Below are positions 27,131-36,663 of a DNA stretch of 64,000 bases, one piece after another. The stretch lies in assembly GCA_903856085.1 (NCBI GenBank), contig CAIOAT010000016.1, forward strand, positions 8,581 through 72,580, written 5' to 3'. The first letter of the stretch is position 1. Every line of letters starts with the position of its first letter. This DNA comes from Candidatus Omnitrophota bacterium (GTDB lineage: Bacteria > Omnitrophota > Omnitrophia > Omnitrophales > Aquincolibacteriaceae). The notes beneath the pieces were generated by a model. The model searched no databases. It saw nothing but the letters and a program-made list of their open reading frames with translations, and was not told the origin of the DNA. A program made the translations under genes and the position numbers.

Positions 27131-28903
27131 ATGGGCTTTCCAAAGATCGGTTTCGCCAAACGTCTCCTCGTGCTGTATGGCATTATTTTCATCCTCGTCC
27201 TGCTCGTAACCGATTGGACGCTTTCTCATTTCCTCCAAAAGCGTGACCTCCAACAGCTTCAGAGCTCTCTTTCGCGTCAGTCGACCCTGATCCGCGAGAT
27301 TGCGACTCCTCTATTAAAGGAGGCTCCCAAGCTCCAATCCAAAGTCAAAAAGCTAGCCGAGGGGACCGATCTTCGCATCACGATCATCGATCCCGAAGGC
27401 GCGATCCTTGCCGATTCCAGTGAAACCAGCGAGGCTCTCGCGAAAATGGACAATCACGCGACCCGGCCCGAGGTTGCGTCCGCACTGAGAAAAGAAACGG
27501 GCATGAGCATCCGTTACAGCATGACTGTTCAGACCAAAATGCTTTATATCGCTATCCCCATCCTGGAACACTCCCAGATCCTAGGGGTCGTTCGCACCGC
27601 GATGCCGATCACACGCGTCGATGAGATCCTGGCCTCGGTCCGCCGACCCGTGATGCTCGCAGCGGTCCTCGGCATTTTGATCGTCCTCGTTGCCGGCATT
27701 CTCTTCGGCGGTCGCCTCACCCAACGCATAGGACGCATCACCTCCGTAGCCGAACGTTATGCCCGCGAGGACTGGTCTGAAAAAATCCTGATGGACGGCC
27801 GCGACGAGCTCAAAATGCTCGCAGATACCATGAATCAAATGGCCACATCCCTGCGCTCAAGGATCGAAGACCTGGAAAGTGAGAAAGGTAAGATTTCCGT
27901 CATTTTGAGCAATATGAACGAAGGGGTGATCGCGATTAGCCGGCGCAAACAGTTTGTTATGGCAAATCCCGCAGCGGAAAAAATCTTTGGATTCACTGCC
28001 GCCCATACGCAGGAGAAAAGTCTGATCGAAATCACACGCCACCCTCAACTCGAAAGGATCGTGGACCACGCCTTCCAGGAGCAAAAAAACGCCTCCTCCG
28101 AAATCCAGATCTCCGGCAAGATAAAAAAGACACTTCTTGCAAATGTGATCGTTCTCGATGCCCACGCCCGCGATATCGGCGGCATCCTTGTTTTTCATGA
28201 CATGACGGAGCTCCGTCGACTCGAGAATATCCGGAAGGAATTCGTAGCCAATGTTTCCCACGAACTCCGCACGCCCCTCACCTCGATTAAGGGATTCATT
28301 GAAACGTTGCTGGGCGGCGCCTTAAAAGATCCCCCGACCAGCGAACGGTTCCTGAAAATTGTTTCGGAGGAGACGGATCGACTCGGAAGGCTGGTGGAAG
28401 ATATTCTGACGCTTGGCGAGATCGAACAGGGCGCGGCTCTGGTCAGGAAAGAAAAGATCGATCTTGCCTCTGAACTCCCGGCCATCCTGGAACGATTTAA
28501 GACCCAGCTCCAAGAAAAAAAGATCGCGGTCGAAAACCGCATCTCCGGGAAACCTCTCCCGCTATCTGGAGACAGGGACAAAGTCCATCAGGTCTTCGTC
28601 AATCTCATCGACAATGCGATCAAATTCAATAAGCCTGAAGGGATGATCGTCCTGTCTGCCGATCAAAGTCCGAAAGGCGTGGTGATTACCATCGAGGATA
28701 CGGGGATCGGTATTCCTGAAGAGTCCCTAGGACGGATTTTTGAGCGGTTCTTTCGTGTGGATAAAGCACGTTCAAAGGAGCTTGGAGGAACCGGATTGGG
28801 CCTAGCCATCGTTAAACACATCATGGAAGCGCATGGCGGCCACGCCACATGCCAAAGCACCCCCGGCCAGGGTTCCCGCTTTTCGGTTTTTTTTCCCGCC
28901 TGA
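27131..28903 (+). CDS. phoR: Sensor histidine kinase (PhoR-like; two TM helices flanking ~150-aa periplasmic domain, HAMP, PAS, HisKA, HATPase_c)
   Basis: H-box 'VSHELRTPLTSIKGF', N/G1/G2 boxes 'LIDNAIKFN…DTGIGIP…GGTGLGLAIVK'; start set to ATG 27131 (GGAGAA SD, 1 nt after RR stop). Confidence 0.85.
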   Translation: MGFPKIGFAKRLLVLYGIIFILVLLVTDWTLSHFLQKRDLQQLQSSLSRQSTLIREIATPLLKEAPKLQSKVKKLAEGTDLRITIIDPEGAILADSSETSEALAKMDNHATRPEVASALRKETGMSIRYSMTVQTKMLYIAIPILEHSQILGVVRTAMPITRVDEILASVRRPVMLAAVLGILIVLVAGILFGGRLTQRIGRITSVAERYAREDWSEKILMDGRDELKMLADTMNQMATSLRSRIEDLESEKGKISVILSNMNEGVIAISRRKQFVMANPAAEKIFGFTAAHTQEKSLIEITRHPQLERIVDHAFQEQKNASSEIQISGKIKKTLLANVIVLDAHARDIGGILVFHDMTELRRLENIRKEFVANVSHELRTPLTSIKGFIETLLGGALKDPPTSERFLKIVSEETDRLGRLVEDILTLGEIEQGAALVRKEKIDLASELPAILERFKTQLQEKKIAVENRISGKPLPLSGDRDKVHQVFVNLIDNAIKFNKPEGMIVLSADQSPKGVVITIEDTGIGIPEESLGRIFERFFRVDKARSKELGGTGLGLAIVKHIMEAHGGHATCQSTPGQGSRFSVFFPA

Positions 28904-28918
28904 TCCACCCTTACGTTT

Positions 28919-30373
28919 CTAGTTAAAATTGAGAACGATGGCCTTGCAACGCGTCATAGCCTCGATCGAATAGCGGATCCCCTGGGTCCCCATTCCTGAA
29001 CTTTTAACCCCGATGAACGGAAAATGATCCGGGCCGCGTTCTGTTTTTCCATTGACCTGAATCGTCCCTACCTCTAGACGCGCCGCAACTCTGAATGCCT
29101 CATCCATGCTCTTCGTGAAGACGGAAGCTTGCAGGCCATATTCGGAATCGTTTGTAATCTTGATCGCTTCGTCGATCGTTTTCACGCGCAAGATCGGGAG
29201 TACCGGCCCAAAAGGCTCTTCCCAAGCAATTCGCATATCCACCGTCACCCGGTCAAAGAGGGTCGGGAAAATAATATTCTTTTCGCGTTTATTTCCGGTC
29301 AAAAGTTTGGCGCCTTTTTGGACTGCATCATCGATAAGCTCCTGAACAAAATCCGCGGCTTCTTTTGAGATCAGCGGGGTAATATCCGCATCATCCTCCG
29401 GTAAACCCACGCTCAATTTTTGCACAAGCGGCAAAATCTTTTCGATCAGTTTGTCGGCCACGGACTCCAACACGAGGATCCGTTTCACCGCTGTACACCG
29501 CTGTCCGGAAAAAGAGAAGGCCCCGCCGACGATATGTTGGGCGGCTAACGAAAGATCGGCATCTTCCAAAACGATCGCCGCATCCTTGCCGCCGAGCTCC
29601 AAAAGTAGCGGCTTCATACCGACAAGAGAAGCGATATGTTTTCCGACCTTGCTGCTTCCCGTAAAGGCGACCATGTTGACGAGCGGATGGCTGACCAAAT
29701 AATCCCCGATCGCACGGCCTTGCCCCGTAATGACATTAAGAACGCCCGCCGGCAGCCCTGCTTCGCAGAAGACACGCGCCAAATAAAGGGCGCTGATGGC
29801 TCCCTGCGTCGGAGGTTTGAAGACCACCGAGTTTCCCGCCACAAGAGCCGGCGTGATCTTGGAAGCGGCTAGATTGATGGGATAATTGAATGGAGCGATC
29901 GCAAGCACGACCCCCAGCGGAACACGATTTACGATCGAAAGTTTCGTTTCATGAAAGCCGGGGAACGCTCCCGACGAAAGACTTTCGCCCGTGACGCGCT
30001 TCCCTTCTTCCGCCGTAAAATGGATCAGGTCCGCAGTCCGGGTCACCTCGGAAAGAGAGGATTTTTTATTCTTGGCGATCTCGCGCATCAGGACATCTGC
30101 GATCGCATCCTTCTCGCGAACAAGGATCTCGGCCGCCTTGTGGAGAACGGCGGCACGCTCGCTCACCGGGACCGCGGCCCAGGACTTTTGCGCCGCAGCC
30201 GAACATTTTAAAAATTCATCGGCCTCTTCTTGGCTCATCGCGGGCACTTCCCCGACAAGCGACCCGTCGGTGGGTGAGAAAATCTTATCCCGCTTCCCGG
30301 AGCGCGAAGTCACCCATTGACCATTAAGAAGATTCTTATATTTTTGCCCTTCACTAAAAATACAACGGAACAT
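28919..30373 (-). CDS. gapN: Non-phosphorylating NADP-dependent glyceraldehyde-3-phosphate dehydrogenase (GapN, ALDH family)
   Basis: Near full-length collinearity with characterised GapN ('LELGGKDAAIVLEDADL', 'GQRCTAVKRILV', 'EEPFGPVLPI', catalytic Cys/Glu). Confidence 0.85.
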   Translation of the reverse strand: MFRCIFSEGQKYKNLLNGQWVTSRSGKRDKIFSPTDGSLVGEVPAMSQEEADEFLKCSAAAQKSWAAVPVSERAAVLHKAAEILVREKDAIADVLMREIAKNKKSSLSEVTRTADLIHFTAEEGKRVTGESLSSGAFPGFHETKLSIVNRVPLGVVLAIAPFNYPINLAASKITPALVAGNSVVFKPPTQGAISALYLARVFCEAGLPAGVLNVITGQGRAIGDYLVSHPLVNMVAFTGSSKVGKHIASLVGMKPLLLELGGKDAAIVLEDADLSLAAQHIVGGAFSFSGQRCTAVKRILVLESVADKLIEKILPLVQKLSVGLPEDDADITPLISKEAADFVQELIDDAVQKGAKLLTGNKREKNIIFPTLFDRVTVDMRIAWEEPFGPVLPILRVKTIDEAIKITNDSEYGLQASVFTKSMDEAFRVAARLEVGTIQVNGKTERGPDHFPFIGVKSSGMGTQGIRYSIEAMTRCKAIVLNFN

Positions 30374-30397
30374 TTTGACCTGCCCTTTCGTGGAACT

Positions 30398-30850
30398 TTA
30401 TTTACTTCGCTTTTTTGTCGCGGCTTTTTGGGTGAGAGGAACACGCTCGTGGGCTTTTTTCCCAAGCGGACGGTAATAACAAACACTGGGCTCACCGAGC
30501 TGCCAGGAAAAATAAACCTCCTGGCCCTCATGTGTACCAAAGAATTCGACATGGCCTTTTTCGATATTACGGAGAAGACAGCCCCTCGCAAAGATCGCTT
30601 CAATATCTTTGGCCAGGTCCTCGATCGCATCTTCAAGCGCGTGAATGCCGTCTTCCAGATCATCTTTTTCTTCTAAAAGCCCGTGTGTCCGCTCGGCCGT
30701 GCAAACAAGCTCATGCATAAAAAGAAGATCGTGAGTGCGGCTGTAGGCTTCTTTCTTGGTCTGGAGAAGTTTAAGGCATTTTTCAAGTTCGGGAAGTAAA
30801 GCATCGGCTTCTTCTTTCGAAAAAATGCGTTTCTTCTTCAAAGGCTTCAC
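30398..30850 (-). CDS. Hypothetical protein (coiled-coil N-half, conserved C-half 'VYFSWQLGEPSVCYYR')
   Basis: 150-aa ORF tightly packed between gapN and the ATP-grasp-like gene; no confident family assignment. Confidence 0.4.
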   Translation of the reverse strand: MKPLKKKRIFSKEEADALLPELEKCLKLLQTKKEAYSRTHDLLFMHELVCTAERTHGLLEEKDDLEDGIHALEDAIEDLAKDIEAIFARGCLLRNIEKGHVEFFGTHEGQEVYFSWQLGEPSVCYYRPLGKKAHERVPLTQKAATKKRSK

Positions 30851-30902
30851 AGTCTCCTCCGGGTCACAAGTTTCATTAAGCTACACCTCGCTTGCTTCCA
30901 CT

Positions 30903-32267
30903 TCAAGCTCCAAAATGCTCCGGTGCGACATCCGACCAAAGGGCGGGCATCAGACCGCCGCCCGTCGCCACATTGATCACGCTCTCATCGCTCAAACGGA
31001 CAAACCCTCCGGCGTATTTTCCTCCAAACACCAGCATATTGAAATTGTATTTCTTGTAAATAAAGTCCAGCTTCTGGTTCACAACATCGGGAACGGTCAT
31101 CGCCGGGACCGAAACTTGTTCCTGAATCACCCAATCTTCTTCTTTAAGCGCTTTATCCACCACCGCATTCCAGTCGCCATCCGGCGTCTCGCGGCCAATA
31201 TGAACCCGCCGGGCACCGTGGCTTGAGCCCGAGGGTTTTAGAACGATGGTATCCTTCTCATCTTTCAAAAAATCGATCAGAAAGACCTTCCGGTGACCGT
31301 AGAAATCTTCGGCGTCCGAAAGGCATCGCGTCCACGGAAGGTGCTGACGCTTCATCGCGTTTTCGTTCTCCGTAAAGAAACGATCAAACTCCGGGGTGGT
31401 CAAAAGCGAGAAGATCGATTTGCTTGCGGCAAGCCTTGAACGCAACGGATTGACGACGCAGACGGCTTTGTCCTTATAGGCTCGCAGCAGGTCCTGAACC
31501 TCATCGAGCCGTTCCAGCAACTCATCAAAGATCACGCGCCGGTAAATCAGGTGTACGCGAAAACCTTTGTGATAAAGTTTGCCGCCTTTGTACTGAAGTT
31601 CACGCGGATCGGCGATCGTGGTTTTATAGCCCTTGGACTCGAAATGACTTTTCATGTGTTCGAATTCCGCGGCAGTCCTCGCATGCCGCCAATCTACGAT
31701 CGCGATCTGAGGCGTTTCATAGCCCCCGAACTCTTCATAGACCGAAAGGAGCGTTGAGAGAATGCTTTGAACGCGTTCGCTGGCGGCCAAATGGTGCTCC
31801 TCAGCAAACGGCCAGACAAGTTCTTCGGAAAGGAATGCGGCCTCCATCTGATCCGCGTAGGCGGCGCCGGCCGGAGCATCGCAATTAAACTCCAAAAGCT
31901 TCAGGCTCTCGCCTTCCAGAAGCGCGTCGAAGCGGCTGAAGACGACATGCTGGGAATAACCCGGATCGATCTGCACGAGCTCTTCGGCTTCGGGAGAAAG
32001 GCGGAAATGGGACCTCAGCTGCGTTTCTTCAAAATAAAGACGTGCGGTCTTGTTGAGAATCTGGGAAAAAGTCGCGGCAGCACGCTTGAGAAGATGCTGC
32101 TGCTTGGGGGTGACAAAATAAGCTTTGTAGAAAGCCGGGACTGTGAAGCGGCCGTACGCGAACGATGAGTTTTTGAGCTTTTCCTTGAACCGGCCAATGG
32201 CGGGAACAGCGCGGGCCTCATGGATCTTCAGGTATTGGTCGTACGCGTAATCAAGATTCGCGGCCAT
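30903..32267 (-). CDS. ATP-grasp-like protein (circularly permuted ATP-grasp / glutathionylspermidine-synthase-like family)
   Basis: 454 aa; C-terminal '…MLVFGGKYAGGFVRLS…INVATGGG' resembles nucleotide-binding loop of CP-ATP-grasp proteins; assignment from memory, moderate. Confidence 0.4.
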   Translation of the reverse strand: MAANLDYAYDQYLKIHEARAVPAIGRFKEKLKNSSFAYGRFTVPAFYKAYFVTPKQQHLLKRAAATFSQILNKTARLYFEETQLRSHFRLSPEAEELVQIDPGYSQHVVFSRFDALLEGESLKLLEFNCDAPAGAAYADQMEAAFLSEELVWPFAEEHHLAASERVQSILSTLLSVYEEFGGYETPQIAIVDWRHARTAAEFEHMKSHFESKGYKTTIADPRELQYKGGKLYHKGFRVHLIYRRVIFDELLERLDEVQDLLRAYKDKAVCVVNPLRSRLAASKSIFSLLTTPEFDRFFTENENAMKRQHLPWTRCLSDAEDFYGHRKVFLIDFLKDEKDTIVLKPSGSSHGARRVHIGRETPDGDWNAVVDKALKEEDWVIQEQVSVPAMTVPDVVNQKLDFIYKKYNFNMLVFGGKYAGGFVRLSDESVINVATGGGLMPALWSDVAPEHFGA

Positions 32268-32350
32268 GAACCGTCCAAACTTTTGACTTTATTTCTTCAA
32301 AGGTAGCCAGTGCTGCCAGGTTGCCGATGACAACAAAAAACGCTCTCGAA

Positions 32351-33505
32351 TTACTTACGCTCTTCGTGCGGAATGTAATACTGTTCCTGCGGACCGATGT
32401 ATTCAGCGAGCGGCCGTATAAGACGGTTGTCCAACTGCTGCTCGATGATGTGACCACTCCAGCCAGCGACGCGACTTGCCGCAAAAACAGTTGTGAAAAA
32501 ATCCGGAGGGAATCCGAGCACATAAAGCACGGGGGCTGAGAAAAAATCCACATTGCAGGGGATCTTTTTTCTTTCCATCATCACTTTCTCGACATGCGTC
32601 CCGATCTCCAACCAGTCCATTTTTCCCGCTTTGATGCATAGGTCATGCGCGATCTGGCGAAACGCTTCGGCGCGCGGGTCGCGGGTCTTATAAATCCGGT
32701 GCCCGAAACCCATAACCTTCTTTTTCTCGTCCAAGAGTTTATTCACATAAGCAACCGCGTTCGCAGGCGTTCCGATCTCCAGGATCATTTCCATCGCATA
32801 CTGGTTCGCCGCGCCGTGGAGTTCGCCGGCTAAGGTCCCGACCGCGGAAGTGACCGCCGAATAAAGGTTCGACAAAGTCCCCGTCGTGACACGCGCCGCA
32901 AAAGTCGAGGCATTGAGCCCGTGGTCCGCCAGGAGGATCAGGTACGCGTCTAGCGCCTTCTCCATTTCCGGCGTCGGTTTCTTGCCGCTCATCATATAAA
33001 GAAAATTCGCCGCGTGGGAAAGGCTCATGTCAGGCTGAAGGGGCTCTTTGCCTTCGCGAAGCCTGTGAAAAGCCGCAATAATGGTCGGAAAAACACCCGT
33101 CAGATGATAGGCCTTCCGCTGGGATTCCTCGGGATTGACGATGTGGGCCCTGGGATCCAGACTCCCCATGAGCGAACACATGGTTCGGAGAGCGCTCATA
33201 GGATGGGTGGTGGTCGGAATAAGCCTGAGAACCGCAAGCGCCAGCTCGGAGAGAGGTCTCTGCGCCTTCAAAGTTTCTTTGAAAGTCTTGAGTTCTTCCG
33301 TGTTGGGAAGTTTCGCGTACCAAAGATGATAGGTCACTTCTTCAAAATGGGATTTTTCAACAAGCTCGCTGATCGGAATGCCGCGATAAAAAAGCCGTCC
33401 GTTCTCACCATCCACATCACTTAGAGACGTCTGAGCGGCGACGACGCCTTCCAAGCCCTTGATCAGTTTTGATGCGCTTGAAGGTTCCTTTTTCCTGTTG
33501 GGCAT
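32351..33505 (-). CDS. gltA: Citrate synthase (short, archaeal/Gram-positive-type, or 2-methylcitrate synthase)
   Basis: 'GFGHRIYKTRDPRA' catalytic His motif, 'HGGAN' motif as 'LHGAANQ', ~384 aa; AAAGGAGATG SD. Confidence 0.9.
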   Translation of the reverse strand: MPNRKKEPSSASKLIKGLEGVVAAQTSLSDVDGENGRLFYRGIPISELVEKSHFEEVTYHLWYAKLPNTEELKTFKETLKAQRPLSELALAVLRLIPTTTHPMSALRTMCSLMGSLDPRAHIVNPEESQRKAYHLTGVFPTIIAAFHRLREGKEPLQPDMSLSHAANFLYMMSGKKPTPEMEKALDAYLILLADHGLNASTFAARVTTGTLSNLYSAVTSAVGTLAGELHGAANQYAMEMILEIGTPANAVAYVNKLLDEKKKVMGFGHRIYKTRDPRAEAFRQIAHDLCIKAGKMDWLEIGTHVEKVMMERKKIPCNVDFFSAPVLYVLGFPPDFFTTVFAASRVAGWSGHIIEQQLDNRLIRPLAEYIGPQEQYYIPHEERK

Positions 33506-33607
33506 TTTCTGTCATCTCCTTTAAAGAAATTCACAAAGCAGGGTTATTATACTCAAAGCCGTAAAAACAGGAACTGCTCTTTTGAGAAAATCCTACCAAA
33601 CATACGG

Positions 33608-33631
33608 TCTGAGGCAGAACTCAGATTTTTT
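33608..33631 (+). terminator. Plus-strand intrinsic-terminator-like hairpin (TCTGAG-gcagaa-CTCAGA + TTTTTT)
   Basis: Perfect 6-bp stem, 6-nt loop, 6-T run; oriented for plus-strand transcription although flanking genes are minus-strand. Confidence 0.3.
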
Positions 33632-33647
33632 CGCTCCTTCGACCCGC

Positions 33648-34346
33648 TTAGACGGGTTTTGTGATCTTCCAAAGCCGGATCAGAAATATCCGGCGAGGAT
33701 CAATCAGCCGGTCGACGAGAAGCTGCGCATCCCTTTCAAAGAATGCTCTGGCATCCGGGTCCGCGAAATCCTTCATTCTTAGTTTCAGGGAAGAAAATAA
33801 AAAATTGGTCTTATAAGACACGATCCCGAGCCTCCTCACCCGTTCCTCAAAATAGCGAACGTTGATGTCCTTTTCATCCGGCGAATCGGTCTTTTCAAAA
33901 GCAATGATGAAAAAGGCTTCGCGAAAAAACCCGGTGTTTTCCTTATAAATCGTTTCTCCAGGCTTGTCAAAATAAACGGAGGCGGGCATGCTCAAGTAGC
34001 GGGAACCGTCCTGTTCGTGCAAGATCTTATAAAGCGTCACGCGCATCCCCGGCAAAGGCGCCGACAGTTCGAGCCGAAGATCCTCCCCTTCGCGCGCTCC
34101 GAGGGCATAAACCTGGATGCGTTCATCACCATGCGCCCGGTTATTCCTTTCAACCAACAACCGCAACGGCCGGGTGCCAAAGCCCGATAAATCCTGAATC
34201 GTCAGAGCTATCGGTTTGCCGTTCAAATAAAACTTGGGCAATGGGGGGACGCCCTCTTCCGCCCTGAGCGGGCTCGAGAACAAGCCGGATTGAGAAAGAA
34301 GGAATGCTACCGCGAATACGATTAAAACGCGTCTCATTGGTTTCAT
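33648..34346 (-). CDS. Exported hypothetical protein
   Basis: Signal peptide MKPMRRVLIVFAVAFLLSQSGLFSSPLRA; start re-set to ATG 34346; no family recognised. Confidence 0.5.
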   Translation of the reverse strand: MKPMRRVLIVFAVAFLLSQSGLFSSPLRAEEGVPPLPKFYLNGKPIALTIQDLSGFGTRPLRLLVERNNRAHGDERIQVYALGAREGEDLRLELSAPLPGMRVTLYKILHEQDGSRYLSMPASVYFDKPGETIYKENTGFFREAFFIIAFEKTDSPDEKDINVRYFEERVRRLGIVSYKTNFLFSSLKLRMKDFADPDARAFFERDAQLLVDRLIDPRRIFLIRLWKITKPV

Positions 34347-34351
34347 TTTTG

Positions 34352-34642
34352 TCAGCATTTCTGCCAAAATTTTGGTATAAAAAACGGCGTCTTTTTTTTG
34401 TAATCGCAATAGGCATCCCCGAAGCGTTGCTTGAGCTCTTTTTCCTCGATAAGCTTGATCTCGAGAATGAGAAGGATCATCAGGATAACAGCTCCCTTTT
34501 CCCCGAGTCCTAAAATCCAGACTAGCACTGGCCATCCAGCGATAAAAAGTATCACGCCAAGCACCGTTGCCACCGTCCTGTAGCCCGCGGAGTATTCCTG
34601 GCCCACCCTCGCTACCAAATATCCGATTAATTGATCGAACAT
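34352..34642 (-). CDS. Small membrane protein resembling the C-terminal part of ICMT/PEMT-family methyltransferases
   Basis: Two TM helices then '…EEKELKQRFGDAYCDYKKKTPFFIP' (EE..L..FG..Y..Y…P motif of isoprenylcysteine/phospholipid methyltransferases) but only 96 aa. Confidence 0.4.
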   Translation of the reverse strand: MFDQLIGYLVARVGQEYSAGYRTVATVLGVILFIAGWPVLVWILGLGEKGAVILMILLILEIKLIEEKELKQRFGDAYCDYKKKTPFFIPKFWQKC

Positions 34643-34713
34643 AAATTCCTCCTCATTTCAAAAACCACCGGACCAGCGCCAATAATGACCGCTCTTTTTT
34701 TGCTCAGAGCGGC

Positions 34714-36279
34714 CTATCCCCCTCCGTCATCGACCTTGATATGCTGCTCCCGAACAAGCTGTCCCCGATTGTTAAAAGCCATGAGAACACCCCTCTTGGC
34801 CCCTGTCCGCTTTAGAAATTTCAGAGCGTCCAGCTTACTCTTCCAGAGAGCGATATTCCTATGGGCGTAAAAAACAATCTGAGGGAGGATCAACGCGCCC
34901 GGACGCTCCGGCTTGAGGAAGATCACCTCTCCTTTATCCGCCACCCGGGCGATCTCTTTGCCGACGGCCTCGAAGTTCCCCGCGACAATATCTTTATTGG
35001 CTTCTAAATAGCCGCCTACGGACAATACCGTCATGAAACAAAAGCAGAGAATCAATCCCCCCGTTCTTAAAACTTGAGAAAGGCCCGAACCCCATTTTTG
35101 AAAAAAATAACCATCGATCTTCGAATAGATCAGGCCTGTAAGAAGCGCTATCAAAAAGCCGGTTTTCAGAACCGAGAAATCATGGAGAGTCGTGAAATCC
35201 CATAAAACCAGGTGGTGCATAAGAACGGGCCAAAGACACAAGAAAAGCAGGATTCTTTCAAGCCTTCCGTTTCGGCTCTCCTCCACAAAACATTTTTTGA
35301 TGAAATAAATATATATTAGATTTATAAAGAACCCCCCATAACCCAGAATATAATAATTCGTGATGGCCTGCCATGCCGTCAGATCCCAGATGTTTTGTCC
35401 TGGATGAATTTTTTGAAAAACCCCAGATCTCTCAAGATATTTTTCAGACAATGTCCGCATCAAGCTCTGAACCCCGGCTATCTGGGAATAGTGCCAAAGG
35501 AGCAGCGCAAGCGCGACCAACGAAGAAACGCTCACGACTCCAAAAACAATCCTCATCGATCTTTTTCGGAAATTGAATAGGCAATAAATGAGCAGCGTTA
35601 AAGAAAAGAATGCCCCGAGCCACTCAGTAAAAATCATCAAAAAGACCGAAAGCCCAAGAAGTGCATAGTAAATGCCTTTGTGAGACGCGGTCATCAATCT
35701 CAAAAAGACATAGACCCCGGCGATAAAGAACACCTGGACAAACATTTCGCTGAAATAAACATTGGAGTGGTTCCATAATGCGACGGGTGAGAATAAATAG
35801 ACGGCAAGTCCCATCAAGGCCGGAATGTTCGAACGGCCCCGGCAATTTTTCCGGGTCAATGCGGAAACGATCAGGTAGACAAGCAGACAGCAGGAAAAAT
35901 GTACCGCCAATCCAAAGATCTGGAGGGCTGTGACATCGGGGTAAACGTGGAGGGCCTTAAAGATTAAATAGGGGACCATGTGGGCAAGCGGCCCGTAGCT
36001 CACATAATAATAATTCCCCTCCTGATCTTTGATCCGTCCTTGATTTTTAATGTTTTTATCATTTGGATTGTCATAGGTCATGATCGGTAAAAATTTATGG
36101 TTTAAAGCGCCGCCCTCATACCAGATCTGCTGAATGCGGAGAGTGTGTGCCGTCAAGTACTCATGCCCCTCTCCCAGGGGCCTGCTCATATAAGACAATC
36201 GGATGCCAGTACTTAAAGCGAACAATGCGACAATAATCAGCGCGCTCTTCAACTGATGGGATGCCAAGCTGCTACGCAA
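34714..36279 (-). CDS. Polytopic GT-C-type membrane glycosyltransferase (ArnT/PMT-like)
   Basis: >10 predicted TM helices, N-terminal periplasmic loop with conserved acidic/aromatic residues, soluble C-terminal domain; TTG start preceded by GGGAGG. Confidence 0.5.
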   Translation of the reverse strand: MRSSLASHQLKSALIIVALFALSTGIRLSYMSRPLGEGHEYLTAHTLRIQQIWYEGGALNHKFLPIMTYDNPNDKNIKNQGRIKDQEGNYYYVSYGPLAHMVPYLIFKALHVYPDVTALQIFGLAVHFSCCLLVYLIVSALTRKNCRGRSNIPALMGLAVYLFSPVALWNHSNVYFSEMFVQVFFIAGVYVFLRLMTASHKGIYYALLGLSVFLMIFTEWLGAFFSLTLLIYCLFNFRKRSMRIVFGVVSVSSLVALALLLWHYSQIAGVQSLMRTLSEKYLERSGVFQKIHPGQNIWDLTAWQAITNYYILGYGGFFINLIYIYFIKKCFVEESRNGRLERILLFLCLWPVLMHHLVLWDFTTLHDFSVLKTGFLIALLTGLIYSKIDGYFFQKWGSGLSQVLRTGGLILCFCFMTVLSVGGYLEANKDIVAGNFEAVGKEIARVADKGEVIFLKPERPGALILPQIVFYAHRNIALWKSKLDALKFLKRTGAKRGVLMAFNNRGQLVREQHIKVDDGGG

Positions 36280-36392
36280 CGCTCTTCCTCCCTTTTGTTA
36301 GACACCCAGGACTGCCTTGCAACCGATTTTGCGGGTTCGCAGTACTGCTGAAGTCTTTATTTTTATTCAGAGGATCGAGGAACATTTTTCTA

Positions 36393-36575
36393 TTATCTTT
36401 GTTTTCTCTTCCAATGTTTGCAGCCTTTTTCCACCAAGGTGGGAGGAATGCCCTTATTCGGACCTTTCCCGTGAGCCTCGAACCAAACGCAAACACCCAG
36501 AAAAGAATCCCCGAGGTCCCTGCGAAAGTCACAATCCCAGCAAGCGGTCATCACTGCCTTTTTTGAATCAGTCAT
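36393..36575 (-). CDS. Small Cys-containing protein (60 aa; CWDC…C…C)
   Basis: ORF preceded by strong SD (AAGGAG, 8 nt spacer) in an otherwise unassigned 380-bp gap; four cysteines arranged CxxC + 2 C. Confidence 0.3.
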   Translation of the reverse strand: MTDSKKAVMTACWDCDFRRDLGDSFLGVCVWFEAHGKGPNKGIPPTLVEKGCKHWKRKQR

Positions 36576-36663
36576 TTTGCAACTCCTTATTTTCTACTGT
36601 CCGGCCGTTGACCGCTCCTGCGTTCGATGAGAAGCGCAAAAGCCGCGCCCCTCTAACAACAAT

